In this document: positions 56,601-61,660 of the stretch, one piece after another
Numbering within the stretch: position 1 is the first letter of the stretch
Layout: each line of letters begins with the position of its first letter
Virus record (IMG/VR): IMGVR_UViG_2795386107_000001
Span: 1-64,000 of that record
Strand: one strand, 5' to 3'
DNA length: 64,000 bases
Origin: a virus
Lineage: Duplodnaviria > Caudoviricetes
The notes under the pieces: model-generated
What the model saw: only the letters and a program-made list of their open reading frames with translations
Database searches by the model: none
What the model was told of the DNA's origin: nothing
Program-made: the position numbers and the translations under genes

Positions 56601-58778
56601 GCGGGAGGTGCGGTATTTCGTGTACCGCTCGTTCTTCATCGTGTTCAGCCGGGCGTCGGTGGCGTCGCTGATCTCGCGGCGCAGCGCGGCAGTTTCGTCG
56701 CCTCCGTCCCCGGGTGCGTCGGGGGTGCCCTGGCTGGTCTCGTCGGTGACGTGGACGTTGCGGCCCTGGCGGGCGAGATTGCTCAGGACCTCCGAGATGC
56801 GTTCGTCCCGGGTGGCGTCGGTCATGTTCGCCTGGGTCTGCCAGGAGCCGACGGGGCCCATCGTCGGGGCCCACTTCACGGCCTTGACCTTGCCAACCGC
56901 GTCGTAGTCCCGCTGGTCGCCCTTGATGGTGCCGCGGAAGACCATGACGCGCTTGGCGGGCTTGCCGTCCTTGCCCGGCTTCATCACCCACGCCGCGGTG
57001 ACGCGGTCCCGCTTCTGCGGGTTCTGCGCGGCAAGGTGGAGGCGTGCCATGACCTGGGCGCCCTGCGGGGGGTACTGCGGGACGGGGACAACGACGCCGT
57101 TGATCGTGGCCTTCGGCGGGTAGCCGCGCTCGCTGGTGGCGGCGACCTGCCCGTCGGGGCCGTACAGGGTGATCGCGCCGCCGTCGTTGACGAAGTGGTA
57201 GCCGTCGACGCCGTCGACGGGCCGTGCGCCGTCCGGGAGGGCCGGGGTGGGCTCCGGCTGTGCCTCCGGCTGCTGGGGGGCGTCGGGGGCGTTCGGGGCC
57301 TGGGGCGCGGCTGCCGGGGCGTTCTGGCCGGCGGGGGCGCCACCGCCCTGTTCCAGCTGGAGCTTGGCGAGGGCCTCGTCGACGACCTCGCGGAAGGACT
57401 TGTTGTCCTCGGACCGCCACTTGCTCACGGTGACGTGGGAGAGGTCCAGCGGCTTGCCGTCCTCGCCCTTGAGGTTGGAGGCGACGAGGAAGCGGCCGAA
57501 GCGCTGTGCTTCCTGCTGGGTCTCGAAGCGGGGGTGCAGGGTGAAGCCACTGCCGGTGGCGACGAGTCGCCAGTTGCCGTCTCCGTCCCGGTGGGTGACG
57601 AGCTGTCCGCGTCCGACGAGCTTGAGGCGGTCGTCGGCGATGAGGCTGTCCAGCTTCTGGAGCGCGGCGCGGGACGTGGGGTCGGTGTGCTGGCTCAGGC
57701 GCTCGCGGATGCCCTGCCAGTGCGTGCGGACGTCCTGCAGGGTGGTGAACCGTCGCCCGTCCGCGGCCGGGGCCGCCGGGGTAGCCGGGTTGGTGGTCGG
57801 CGCTGGGGTGGCGTCGAACTCCTTGCGGGCTCGGATGATGGCGCCCTGGATGTTCTCGCCCTTGGTGGAGCGCCAGTCACGGGCGGCGCGGTCGAGCTGC
57901 GGGTCAGAGAAGTCGAACGGCTGGCCGAACTTGGTGATCTGCCCGTTGACGGCGGTCTTGTCGAGGTGGTCGGCGAACCGGGCGGCGTCCTGCGGGGTGT
58001 CGAAGTCGCCGGCGCCGTCCATGCGCTGTCCGGTGCCGGTGGCCGTCAGGTACCAGCGACCGTTGTCGTCACGGAGGATCGCGAAGCGGCCGTTCGGGGT
58101 CACCTGCAGGTCGTCGTCGTAGGCAACCGAACGCAGGAAGGTGGCCATCTCCGGCCTGGTACCGGGCTGCTGGGCGAGCTGCGTGAAGTGGCGGCGGACG
58201 GCAGCGGTGTCGGCGTACCGGGCTCCGGCTGCGTTCTGCTGGTTGGGAAGCGCGTCGAGGTTGACGGGGTGGGCGCCGTCTTCCGGCTCGTCCTGGTCGT
58301 CCTCGCGGTCCGGGCCGTCGCCCTCGTCGTCGCCGATCGGGCGGCCCTGGTCGTCGGCGTTGTGGGGGTCGTTGGGGGTGTCCGGGTCGCCGTCGTCGTC
58401 CCGGGCCACGCCGTTGCCGCGGCGCGGGTCCTCGTGCCGACGCTCGTCCTCGGCTGCGACCTTGTTCTCGTCCTCGGTCGGCGCGGTGCCGTCGGGACGG
58501 GCGACCATCGTCACCCACTTGGCACTCGTGGTGTGCCGGCGTCCCCGGAACTCGTTGGGGCCGCTTTGGTCCTGGACGAGGACGCGGTCGTGCGGAAGGG
58601 CGCGCACGACGCGCGCGAGCTTGCCGCCCCAGAGCCTGACCGTTCCACCCGTCTCGATGAAGCGGCCCTTGCTGTCGCGGGGGTGCAGGGCAGGGTTCCA
58701 CGGCCGACGCGTGACCTTGACCTCGAGGTCGCGATTCAGGTCCTGCGACTCAGCCTGTGCAGTGGGGCGATTCAGCAT
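41637..58778 (-). CDS. Giant DarB-like polyvalent protein: N6-adenine methyltransferase + SNF2 helicase + repeated unknown domains (~5,713 aa)
   Basis: HYTPQP, VLEAGSGAG, GVELDP, IGNVPF (MTase); HEVGLGKT, VDEAH, ATGTP, GTGMN, QRNGRILRYGN (SF2); start set at the leaderless ATG 58778. Confidence 0.9.
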   Translation of the reverse strand: MLNRPTAQAESQDLNRDLEVKVTRRPWNPALHPRDSKGRFIETGGTVRLWGGKLARVVRALPHDRVLVQDQSGPNEFRGRRHTTSAKWVTMVARPDGTAPTEDENKVAAEDERRHEDPRRGNGVARDDDGDPDTPNDPHNADDQGRPIGDDEGDGPDREDDQDEPEDGAHPVNLDALPNQQNAAGARYADTAAVRRHFTQLAQQPGTRPEMATFLRSVAYDDDLQVTPNGRFAILRDDNGRWYLTATGTGQRMDGAGDFDTPQDAARFADHLDKTAVNGQITKFGQPFDFSDPQLDRAARDWRSTKGENIQGAIIRARKEFDATPAPTTNPATPAAPAADGRRFTTLQDVRTHWQGIRERLSQHTDPTSRAALQKLDSLIADDRLKLVGRGQLVTHRDGDGNWRLVATGSGFTLHPRFETQQEAQRFGRFLVASNLKGEDGKPLDLSHVTVSKWRSEDNKSFREVVDEALAKLQLEQGGGAPAGQNAPAAAPQAPNAPDAPQQPEAQPEPTPALPDGARPVDGVDGYHFVNDGGAITLYGPDGQVAATSERGYPPKATINGVVVPVPQYPPQGAQVMARLHLAAQNPQKRDRVTAAWVMKPGKDGKPAKRVMVFRGTIKGDQRDYDAVGKVKAVKWAPTMGPVGSWQTQANMTDATRDERISEVLSNLARQGRNVHVTDETSQGTPDAPGDGGDETAALRREISDATDARLNTMKNERYTKYRTSRSEANRRRLDSEIDLITEEQKRRRKERDEAAARDATQLSDADIEARVKESQQERGTYGSRRGEPANDVERAIYSERRRRSQALVDENTDLTTMAEEDLAKARDAVAHRVTLHQAAGDDHEAEQTVRAALQKRHDAIVGEQQRRRAEQIADRPPVADLDDEALSEEYNELIKRDFRKASPEAQRVLEGRLEDIKQERREREKRAITDRDTPDAVDSKKLLDEYTELRRGRSNYESDDVKAAREARMAAIEAELNRRDTTPEVEQLLARVDNPDSNGQISIDGGAGYGYIDYNQNLGYGRDRREIGWTWGKNSWGHGNTAYPSRAAALAALVRAYDQDPDTRGERTWGRERRVFVPKMFVELYQTARLGDRLSNASEERQYLFHLFRDRYGWDDGVNPLVPSSKKGHHIKGRNLVIPEGLLAELHRVTEELSRDMSVQAADRDADKSDRAKAKTRLNSINVALHAIESAREAVRKNGGNDDQKVISREEIEAQQAALRAALGGDDDEHVQSDGPGSLADVPAAGVGGDGRSGGVRGDEGQGDREPDSGRGAGAGGDGAGAGGLRREGRPAQADQGGRDGDGSEGASARAGGGRGEGARADADGAAPAGDQGRDVRRVARFRPDPADAPKGARARAAANVEAIKVLKKLEAENRPATDEEKRILARWSGWGSVPIIFASEPNEKEPRYQQGGTRYGKFAKDHERWSEYSDIRSELQRVLTPVEFRQASRGVLSMHYTPQPIAEAMWDGLRAFGFDRGDVLEAGSGAGTFFGVAPDGARLTGVELDPTTARIAQAIYPHANVLNESFAESDARPGTFDAAIGNVPFARVPFDDKRYPAESLHNGFVTKEIALVRPGGITAVITSRQTLDSKGDKARRQMAKYGDLVGAIRLPSGVFNDAGTGVTTDVLVFRRREDGTEPADTSWLDAPERDLNGTPHHINAYFDEHPEHILGTLTTQSGPYGPEVTVKGDPAKAAEQLRKALEDMAEKAKADGRGYEPHPDGDDRPPVHLQTAREKHANDWTGRLYEGDDGQFYQHVNGAEPVLIDPADGNTAQLRDLMQLRDVAAELRELDRKNDEEERADALRAQLRDLHAAYVEQYGPLSKPGQHRTKNGRPTAWGYFRADPDAAAVLALERWDAKTGEPVLSRIFTERAAARRRQLTSTDDPKAALAAVVAAHGDVDLGEVARLLDVDPQEALKRLGNEVFTNPATGRLDLASAYLSGAVRDKLDAARKAAEKDPAYAVNVAALEAVQPPERTIGQFTPEMGAHWTPPELLQGFLREYLGDRTLRVAHDDRYGWILNTGRVPEANNVMYGVPANPEKGTKGKSAVEIARAVLGFGSLTVYHDDKRKDVDETTSRLIRQKADQMRAEFAKYATANAERLTTLTESYNRIMNGHVVRSYEGMSPTLEGFTPDRTPHSWQLAGAARMQFERGVILAHEVGLGKTSTLVMGTQALKASGQIEKPMAVVPNHLAKQWADEARYLYPNADIHLITSADLAGDRRSSTLEWLRANKPDLVIFTEEAFGSIKMSPEAQEEYEFRELESLREQLDRQYEDADNPNHPFIVAKIEQRIATVQRNINKNAAPMRKPGETYWDDLGFDYFVVDEAHRYKGVGFRSKEAGGDPASIRGVDLHQKTTDLHRRRGGRATITLATGTPLSNSISEQFTMLQFAAPWVLDAYKAGAPDLWANTFGRKTLRIENAPDGSGLRVVERFSEFHNKRAMKTMWGLVADTKRADDVGIPRPKLKGGTHNLILVDATPDQKKRLKGLVARGRAIHNGEPQQIRTRKGALVDDNMLTVSNEGTSVALDPRLVDGNAPAGNKLKAVADRHIERYHATKDRVYKVAYGSDEDHPVPGALQMIFLNEGVPDSDNKGGFDAYAELKQLMVTGGVPADKIAFVQDAKKSGKPEDMTELFRKAREGEISVLIGSSAVAGTGMNAQDRMISLTHVDLDWGAAQMEQRNGRILRYGNQNPEVEIDIFGTKGSMDGWKAGFVAAKAEGLVDIQRPEPTEGDTSDVVQEIDGAEFDYETMEAEMGGNPYMSHLMKARRRLKDLEIDQHNEAAERIRRAEALDELRQESQATRDGIQRREQALPRIQEAGDRFTMTIGGSPYGERSDAGKALHRQVTARLLDHNREGMSPWHVIGQFRGLDFGVRTERKEDGRLVAHVGFPDLRNSDFERTVEDLQKKGAGSGMITRLGNALDKAPALQESDRAKVPELDEQIALLQSAHAAADLTPQIDHARARANLLEEVVARITDLDAKPEIDPDELDKKRYKKHDRETMAKERREERAPLQAAVDEAVANLQRWDEQNPEPERDDTVHLTEDEVRDTLARLTPNPPAHDASQTDNGDGNSTDTTPDADASGPEETNTAGPDNASGTGDEGQSADTLSTGDLGDLGDLGDLGDENSDQEHDDTVRLSQDEVSDTLASIRPDDTESQDTADAEEPGEPLKYAWDKPEDFVTLTMPAALVDFLNVDETAAMEDPDTRKALKEAKPGRKGTLKVTGPIEVHRALLEWAWTLEGGEGLESDPSEVRAYRAYRKAIDEAAADLRRRREEWESNGGDSTDATPDADAPDTEETNTPDAGSAGDGGDDEPPADTPGTGDLGDDSNDSNDSNDSNDDQDQGGDQSAADGEEGNDTVTLTPDEVSDQLDAVRPEGSKAPSSMDDGEIRDEIVDLMGREMANGGELSGVDRTRLQVLEAEEARRAGRAPKQEPKPKQTREEPGGLFDVDEPTTRQADSTADPDNPEVRPADEFGTPDMFADAEGRDTSDLRPAQMRNAADLEPGDRYTDADGRTHTVAEPPARTGRGRTRIVTNDGEERFYNSDAQVRLRYPDEEIPDNHRYERSEPNVDETSTTGTDGTPDVDEPAVDEPEATPVSGRSDIKDRTDRMSGLVRQATDEAGGDDLPEIRDVTDAMGRAADSDDPDAELRDAADRLDSLAEMYELGGPDGERAAERFRRAARIARGEDDGGNDRRDDENNRDEANAPDNTSDSEEDQDQGDEERRQRRDGDLDGGAADPDGGGADTPDAPSDDEENGNSSDAPDNADDQQDEPDAEDQDNEDEQDDRNRRRRRRRRNGGNGGPGGPGGLGGPGLPHLNLPDLNVPAATGTGGDGEGHAPNGRGRRSPVRHGDVDSLRRAWRNGEGLTAAEDTPERRAALAQAAEREGMVLSPGGGLVTWPEPQDDGTTLWRFAQARNGTNLPGLTLRTDNPEEARALASRFEEITGSDGQPFDWHQPWGPSTVSQWRDSEGRNLQRALHAARDDFEQQRAAETTDAPVLPADLTELDDDALDALVSQPLSQDDMMRVAAEMDRRDNPDPVIRNAVPDTPPENAEEAERRGKAMDEALGFGNADITRPRRTQEDIIRAAFADFDEARYQQAIEETNGYFFNRKHKYGDNRPDERSLFSGGELAKFGRWREYASEELINWYDANGGRVTYNQFKLQYRDNDRRDREIFEEEQRRQAEEEQRQQADVGQAPAEPATTEPEPYDPAKPRFTDEEALRDHIRNGRLDEVPEDQRADEPSPEERGEIADAESTQLSDGGRLLIYGNEAARAGVGRGQRFNVALPGSMQPLFRDGFHNPERAREVARVLEGITDADGNPFPWDAPDAAERARAFRSADGNTLFGEAAERLNGVGNVYEPWNSDRGQALHHRTWNQQEAEWNTREEEAGYSIPVDPADLRPGDEISFPMATSRGQNISPRDEYVGTVHATVTGEGEPFRYRSEFSAVGNPQLHRYPAEGSWTNQYGEHANIDEAFPNLGVVRRRPRPDEASTRDDGRDDRSTNETTPQAEPTSTPEPAARPEPTPDRAPAEPEPATPDVPAEEPQGEPEPVGGQPANWARVSDLVPGDMVRMDGRRRNGRAVTRSGYVFTGPVRVEVTRNGRTEHMWRTYVTENPDGTGKRGHVFTPLNATAARAEAPDDTVPGSPASGAQSAVQTGSLPDRVPTDRNGRGLFPGSTVTGVDGLRSREGTVTGATSTTVSVRWDNDDTADGLTPTTLTVTGGDRPDGWTASGQRVTPGHIVTDSDGALLGPVDEVNGDRVTITTAEGTTTRSAGDLRVAGEVRDDTNPATAPVTGLDDPAAADLKEDDVVVLDLDGTLTTVAVTGTQRDGDRVTIDYADTTTGEIGQIDVDAATVLPRAQGADGSAPDLGPEDAPDTPDDLTVHEPPHRVEPVTGPTVDPELTTGDRDVIGDLADGPDDDLDAQQGAVRITTDLPVTPEQAAALAAQLRDSADPSTPEGRAALRAADHLDRAVGRTPPAELGRPRPSNASQVAEDDTIALPDTRGNGVTVYRVRDVQDGPGGVRSLLLEGEDGRTRRRVVHGAMPLWQLGEPQPEGDNTALVPAGPNSPALPPAGAHRDPNPAPQADADRIIRDHARSLAVRIIDEAIAGTEPPGDIHALREQIAQRLTPEALQEARTAAREDAQAALDAAAVNGPERSAAMLALGAVAQDSHTATVRAALRTINDLEPLPDESDEDLAARARDLLSLIPDRIAGTPNGPDTDGDADVNRTVAGHVDDAVNAVLQQLQAAGVDPGDAERIARAITRRMDGSRQATARQIARRVAAASPQAGRQPGLLARIVAALVRLAKRIALLVKAGAEKIAEKWRDARERIARLRAFLGRLARRVRDWPESRRLARLHRALDLPEADGESLAARVSHWAGLLPEPGRFGQAQRRVTWWQPTTWAQLAAGRLPGRSDRVRWSPDQAADGGPGPTGLRHMAALRAAGGDVDQAVTRRLADSLGDDFGSDPHGTLQHADDYVATTERRLVNLQAARTSSTIPDDPDLEVEIAAARMEAAAARREWENLRSRYAAAVPDAVAAALAEIRDMGPGGNAGIVFGPDSTPDAERAVRGVQRLVPRSWLNTPAARRVTAVDGDAGRYEPDGQRITVADLADEGLGTAGYALAQHLAQHLDDLDAAQRIFWFTQTHTGRPGARRMRRSALSRILSRQQTQPDTGDTLARSVQSMFNGDWYLDDDLRAFLLGLLATR
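48756..48795. repeat. 9-bp tandem repeat (gtcgttgct x4; Asp-Ser-Asn)
   Basis: Read directly; in frame within the giant gene. Confidence 0.85.
49401..49443. repeat. 9-bp tandem repeat (gtcgccgag x4; Gly-Asp-Leu)
   Basis: Read directly; in frame within the giant gene. Confidence 0.85.
54758..55093 (-). CDS. Overprinted gene nested in the giant ORF (TnpV-like, 111 aa)
   Basis: GGGAGG RBS 8 nt before ATG; protein-like sequence MNMFSPTVRDHWRTYLPQEW...YDERVGRLKQIRADATAMVLRELL; the host frame here is a Gly/Asp/Arg linker. Confidence 0.72.
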   Translation of the reverse strand: MNMFSPTVRDHWRTYLPQEWAAMDDPEAFVETKAREIESRILVAEQALEETVPEPEGYDERVGRLKQIRADATAMVLRELLPEPEEGAEKAPEQTPMEQHLQEIRDAMYDA

Positions 58779-58785
58779 GCCGCGG

Positions 58786-58816
58786 ACCATGTAGAGCGCG
58801 GGTGCTTAGCGTCGCG
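58786..58816 (-). promoter_or_regulatory. Late-type promoter motif before giant gene
   Basis: CGCGACGCTAA-N14-CATGGT-N7-ATG. Confidence 0.7.
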
Positions 58817-58935
58817 GCCTCGTGGCCGGGTACGGACCGGCTACTTCGGCGTGAGGAGGCGGAACGGCGAGCCAGCCGGGGAATCCGAACCCGCCGACGG
58901 CGAGTGTGGATCTGCCGACCTTGCTGGTGCGGGTG
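58816..58935 (-). pseudogene. Degenerate duplicate of the 3' end of the 61443-61655 gene
   Basis: TRTSKVGRSTLAVGGFGFPGWLA vs TRTSKVGRAIFAVGWFGFSGWFA; DNA similarity to 61419-61539. Confidence 0.85.
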
Positions 58936-59147
58936 GGAGGGTCATGCCCCTTTCCGGATCTGACGTGGAATTCAGGTCTGAGACGAAGCCGTGCTGCCGC
59001 GCGCGTGTTCGAAGGTTGGCAACTCTGAGACCAAGTCCGATGCCGGATGATTGGATACCGGTGTCTGGCGGTGTGGGGGGTCGTTGGCCTTTCTGTAGGC
59101 CGCAGATGCACGAACAGGCTCGGTTCGAGGGAATGGAGGGCCGGGCG

Positions 59148-59906
59148 GTGAGCGATCGCAGTTCGATCGAGTGGACCGAGGCAACGTGGAACCCGACCAC
59201 GGGATGCGACCGTGTCTCCGCAGGCTGCGACAACTGCTACGCGCTAGCTCTGGCGAAACGTCTGAAAGCTATGGGCTCGCCGAAGTACCAGAGCGACGGT
59301 GATCCACGTACCTCCGGGCCGGGGTTCGGGCTGACCCTGCACCCAGACTCGCTGGAGATCCCCTACGGATGGAAGAGCCCGCGGACGGTGTTCGTCGACT
59401 CCATGAGTGATCTGTTCCACGCTCGGGTGCCCCTCGACTACGTACGCCGCGTGTTCGAAGTGATCGCAGGTACCCCGCAGCACACCTACCAGGTGCTCAC
59501 CAAGCGCGCACGCCGACTGAGATTGGCTGCCGACCGGCTTCAGTGGCCGGAGAATCTGTGGATGGGCGTCTCGGTGGAGAGCGCCAAGGAACTGCCCCGG
59601 GTTGACGACCTGCGGCAGGTTCCTGCAGCGGTGAAGTTCCTTTCGTGCGAGCCCTTGCTGGGGCCGCTGGACGGGCTGGAATTGACCGGCATCGACTGGG
59701 TCATTGCAGGAGGTGAGTCCGGGCCCGGGCACCGGCCGCTCGACCCGGCCTGGGTGACACACATCCGCGACACCTGCCAGCAGGACAAGGTGGCCTTCTT
59801 CTTCAAGCAGTGGGGCGGCCGTACACCCAAGGCTGGCGGCCGTGAACTGGACGGTCGCACTTGGGACGAAATGCCGCACCGTGCGTTGGCTCTTGCGGCA
59901 GGTTAG
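59148..59906 (+). CDS. DUF5131 (phage Gp37/Gp68) family protein
   Basis: SSIEWTEATWNPTTGCDRVSAGCDNCYA, SMSDLFH, LTKR, FLSCEPLLG, WVIAGGESG, FFFKQWGG; GGAGG RBS. Confidence 0.93.
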   Translation: MSDRSSIEWTEATWNPTTGCDRVSAGCDNCYALALAKRLKAMGSPKYQSDGDPRTSGPGFGLTLHPDSLEIPYGWKSPRTVFVDSMSDLFHARVPLDYVRRVFEVIAGTPQHTYQVLTKRARRLRLAADRLQWPENLWMGVSVESAKELPRVDDLRQVPAAVKFLSCEPLLGPLDGLELTGIDWVIAGGESGPGHRPLDPAWVTHIRDTCQQDKVAFFFKQWGGRTPKAGGRELDGRTWDEMPHRALALAAG

Positions 59907-60050
59907 CCCCGAGGCCGCTGGCTGCGGCACCTGACGCGATCGGCTGCGCGCCTATGGAGGAACCAAGTCCTCACCCGTCGCCCTGAGCGGGCACATCAGC
60001 CTGGTCGCAAAGCGCCATAACAGCACGCACTTCGGTCTCGATGCCATGCA

Positions 60051-61370
60051 GTGAAGAGCCATTTCCCCGCAACACCGGTACACACCCAGGGCATCTGCCG
60101 CAAAATCGTCCCAACCATGTCCATCGAGCTGACAAGGCGGGGGATCTTGGACGAGTCCGAGGCAGTGCTCGACGAAAAAGTTCTCGATCTGAGCGGTGAG
60201 AGCGCCGACGACACGGAACTCGACAGCAGTAGCCCGTTCTTCGTCAGCAAGAAGGCCGCTGCTGTGCTCAAACATGCGATCCTCGACCAGTATGTGGTTC
60301 CCTTCGCCAGCAAGGTCGGCAGGTACGCACCGGACGGCCGTGTCGTCTACCTCGACAGCTACGCGGGACCAGGTCGTTACGAGGACGGCACCCCAGGATC
60401 ACCCGCTCTGATCCTGGAATCGGCAGCGCGCATCGCAGGCTTCCGCCAGCTTGACTGCTACTTTGTCGAGCGCGGGCGCAAAAGCTACCGCTCTTTGGCC
60501 GCTCTCGCCGAGGAAGCGAGCGGCAGCGGGCTGACCGCGCACGCGCTACAAGGACGAGCCGAGAAGCACCTCGATCACGTGCTCCAACGAGCCGCAGGGC
60601 AACCCCTGTTCGCCTTCCTGGACCCATTCGGACTCGGGCTCAGTTTCCAAGCCCTCACCCAGCAGATCTTCGGCTCCCGCAGCACCCACGGAACCACCGG
60701 CCGCTATGCCACAGAGGTCCTGCTCAACTTCAACGCCAATGCAGTGCGTCGCATCGGAGGTCTGCTCACTAGCCCCAAGGACACACCGGGGAAACCGGCC
60801 ACGCTGCGCGCAATGGACGCGGCCTGCGGCGGACCCTGGTGGCGTGACGAGTTCCACGACTCCAAAGACAACGCCGAGGCCGTCCAGCGCATCACCGCTG
60901 GCTTCGCTCGGCGTGTCGCACGTACTGTCCGTGCAGGCTACTGGACCATCGAAGTCCGTAACCGTGCTCACCACCAAGTCGCATACCACCTCGTGCACTT
61001 CAGCCGCCACAAGGATGGCCTCTGGCTGTTCGGGGAAGCCGCCAGTCGGGCTCAGATCGAATGGCGCCGTGCTTGCCTCCCCCCGCCTGACGAAGGCGCT
61101 CTCTTCGGCGCCGCTGACACCTTCGATGACGAGGAAGAGCGCCGGGCACAGGCCTGGGTCAAACAGATCCGTCGGAATATCGAAGGCCTGCAGCAGCGCG
61201 TTGGCCCCTTCCGAATCGGTGACCACCAGGCGGAGGTCCTCGCCGGAGTTCTTGGCCAGGCATGGAGCAAGCACATCCGCGCCGCAGTGAAGCAGTTGTA
61301 TAAGGACGGCATGACCAACTGCACCGGAGTCGGCGATGTGCGCGAGCTGCGCATCACCCCACCGCGATGA
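60051..61370 (+). CDS. tcmP: Three-Cys-motif partner protein (TcmP, SAM-methyltransferase-like); true start probably later
   Basis: KHAILDQY, YLDSYAGPG..DG..GSP, FAFLDPFG, EVLLNF; canonical neighbour of DUF5131. Confidence 0.85.
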   Translation: MKSHFPATPVHTQGICRKIVPTMSIELTRRGILDESEAVLDEKVLDLSGESADDTELDSSSPFFVSKKAAAVLKHAILDQYVVPFASKVGRYAPDGRVVYLDSYAGPGRYEDGTPGSPALILESAARIAGFRQLDCYFVERGRKSYRSLAALAEEASGSGLTAHALQGRAEKHLDHVLQRAAGQPLFAFLDPFGLGLSFQALTQQIFGSRSTHGTTGRYATEVLLNFNANAVRRIGGLLTSPKDTPGKPATLRAMDAACGGPWWRDEFHDSKDNAEAVQRITAGFARRVARTVRAGYWTIEVRNRAHHQVAYHLVHFSRHKDGLWLFGEAASRAQIEWRRACLPPPDEGALFGAADTFDDEEERRAQAWVKQIRRNIEGLQQRVGPFRIGDHQAEVLAGVLGQAWSKHIRAAVKQLYKDGMTNCTGVGDVRELRITPPR

Positions 61371-61442
61371 GACGCTTCGAGCCGCGACCGCATCGACACA
61401 ACACCAGCTGCTGCGCGTGGCCTCGCGGAGGAATCGGGCCGG

Positions 61443-61655
61443 CTACATCGTCTCCGTGAGGATGTGGATGGCGAACCAGCCGGAGAATCCGAACCAGCCT
61501 ACGGCGAAGATGGCTCTGCCGACTTTGCTGGTGCGGGTGCGGAAGAGTCGGCGGACGTTCTCCGACAGGGTGTCCTTGTCGCGCGCGTTGGCAAGGGCAA
61601 TGCCCTCTGCCACGGCGAACGCGATGGTCCATGCGATCCAGATTGCTACCCACAT
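61443..61655 (-). CDS. Small two-TM membrane protein
   Basis: AAGGAG RBS; MWVAIWIAWTIAFAVAEG...DTLSENVR. Confidence 0.75.
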   Translation of the reverse strand: MWVAIWIAWTIAFAVAEGIALANARDKDTLSENVRRLFRTRTSKVGRAIFAVGWFGFSGWFAIHILTETM

Positions 61656-61660
61656 GACAG

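Noticed and set aside
55218-59147. 1562-aa ORF appearing to fuse a long N-terminus to DUF5131
   Set aside because: The upstream part is an antisense shadow; the real gene starts at GTG 59148 with its own RBS
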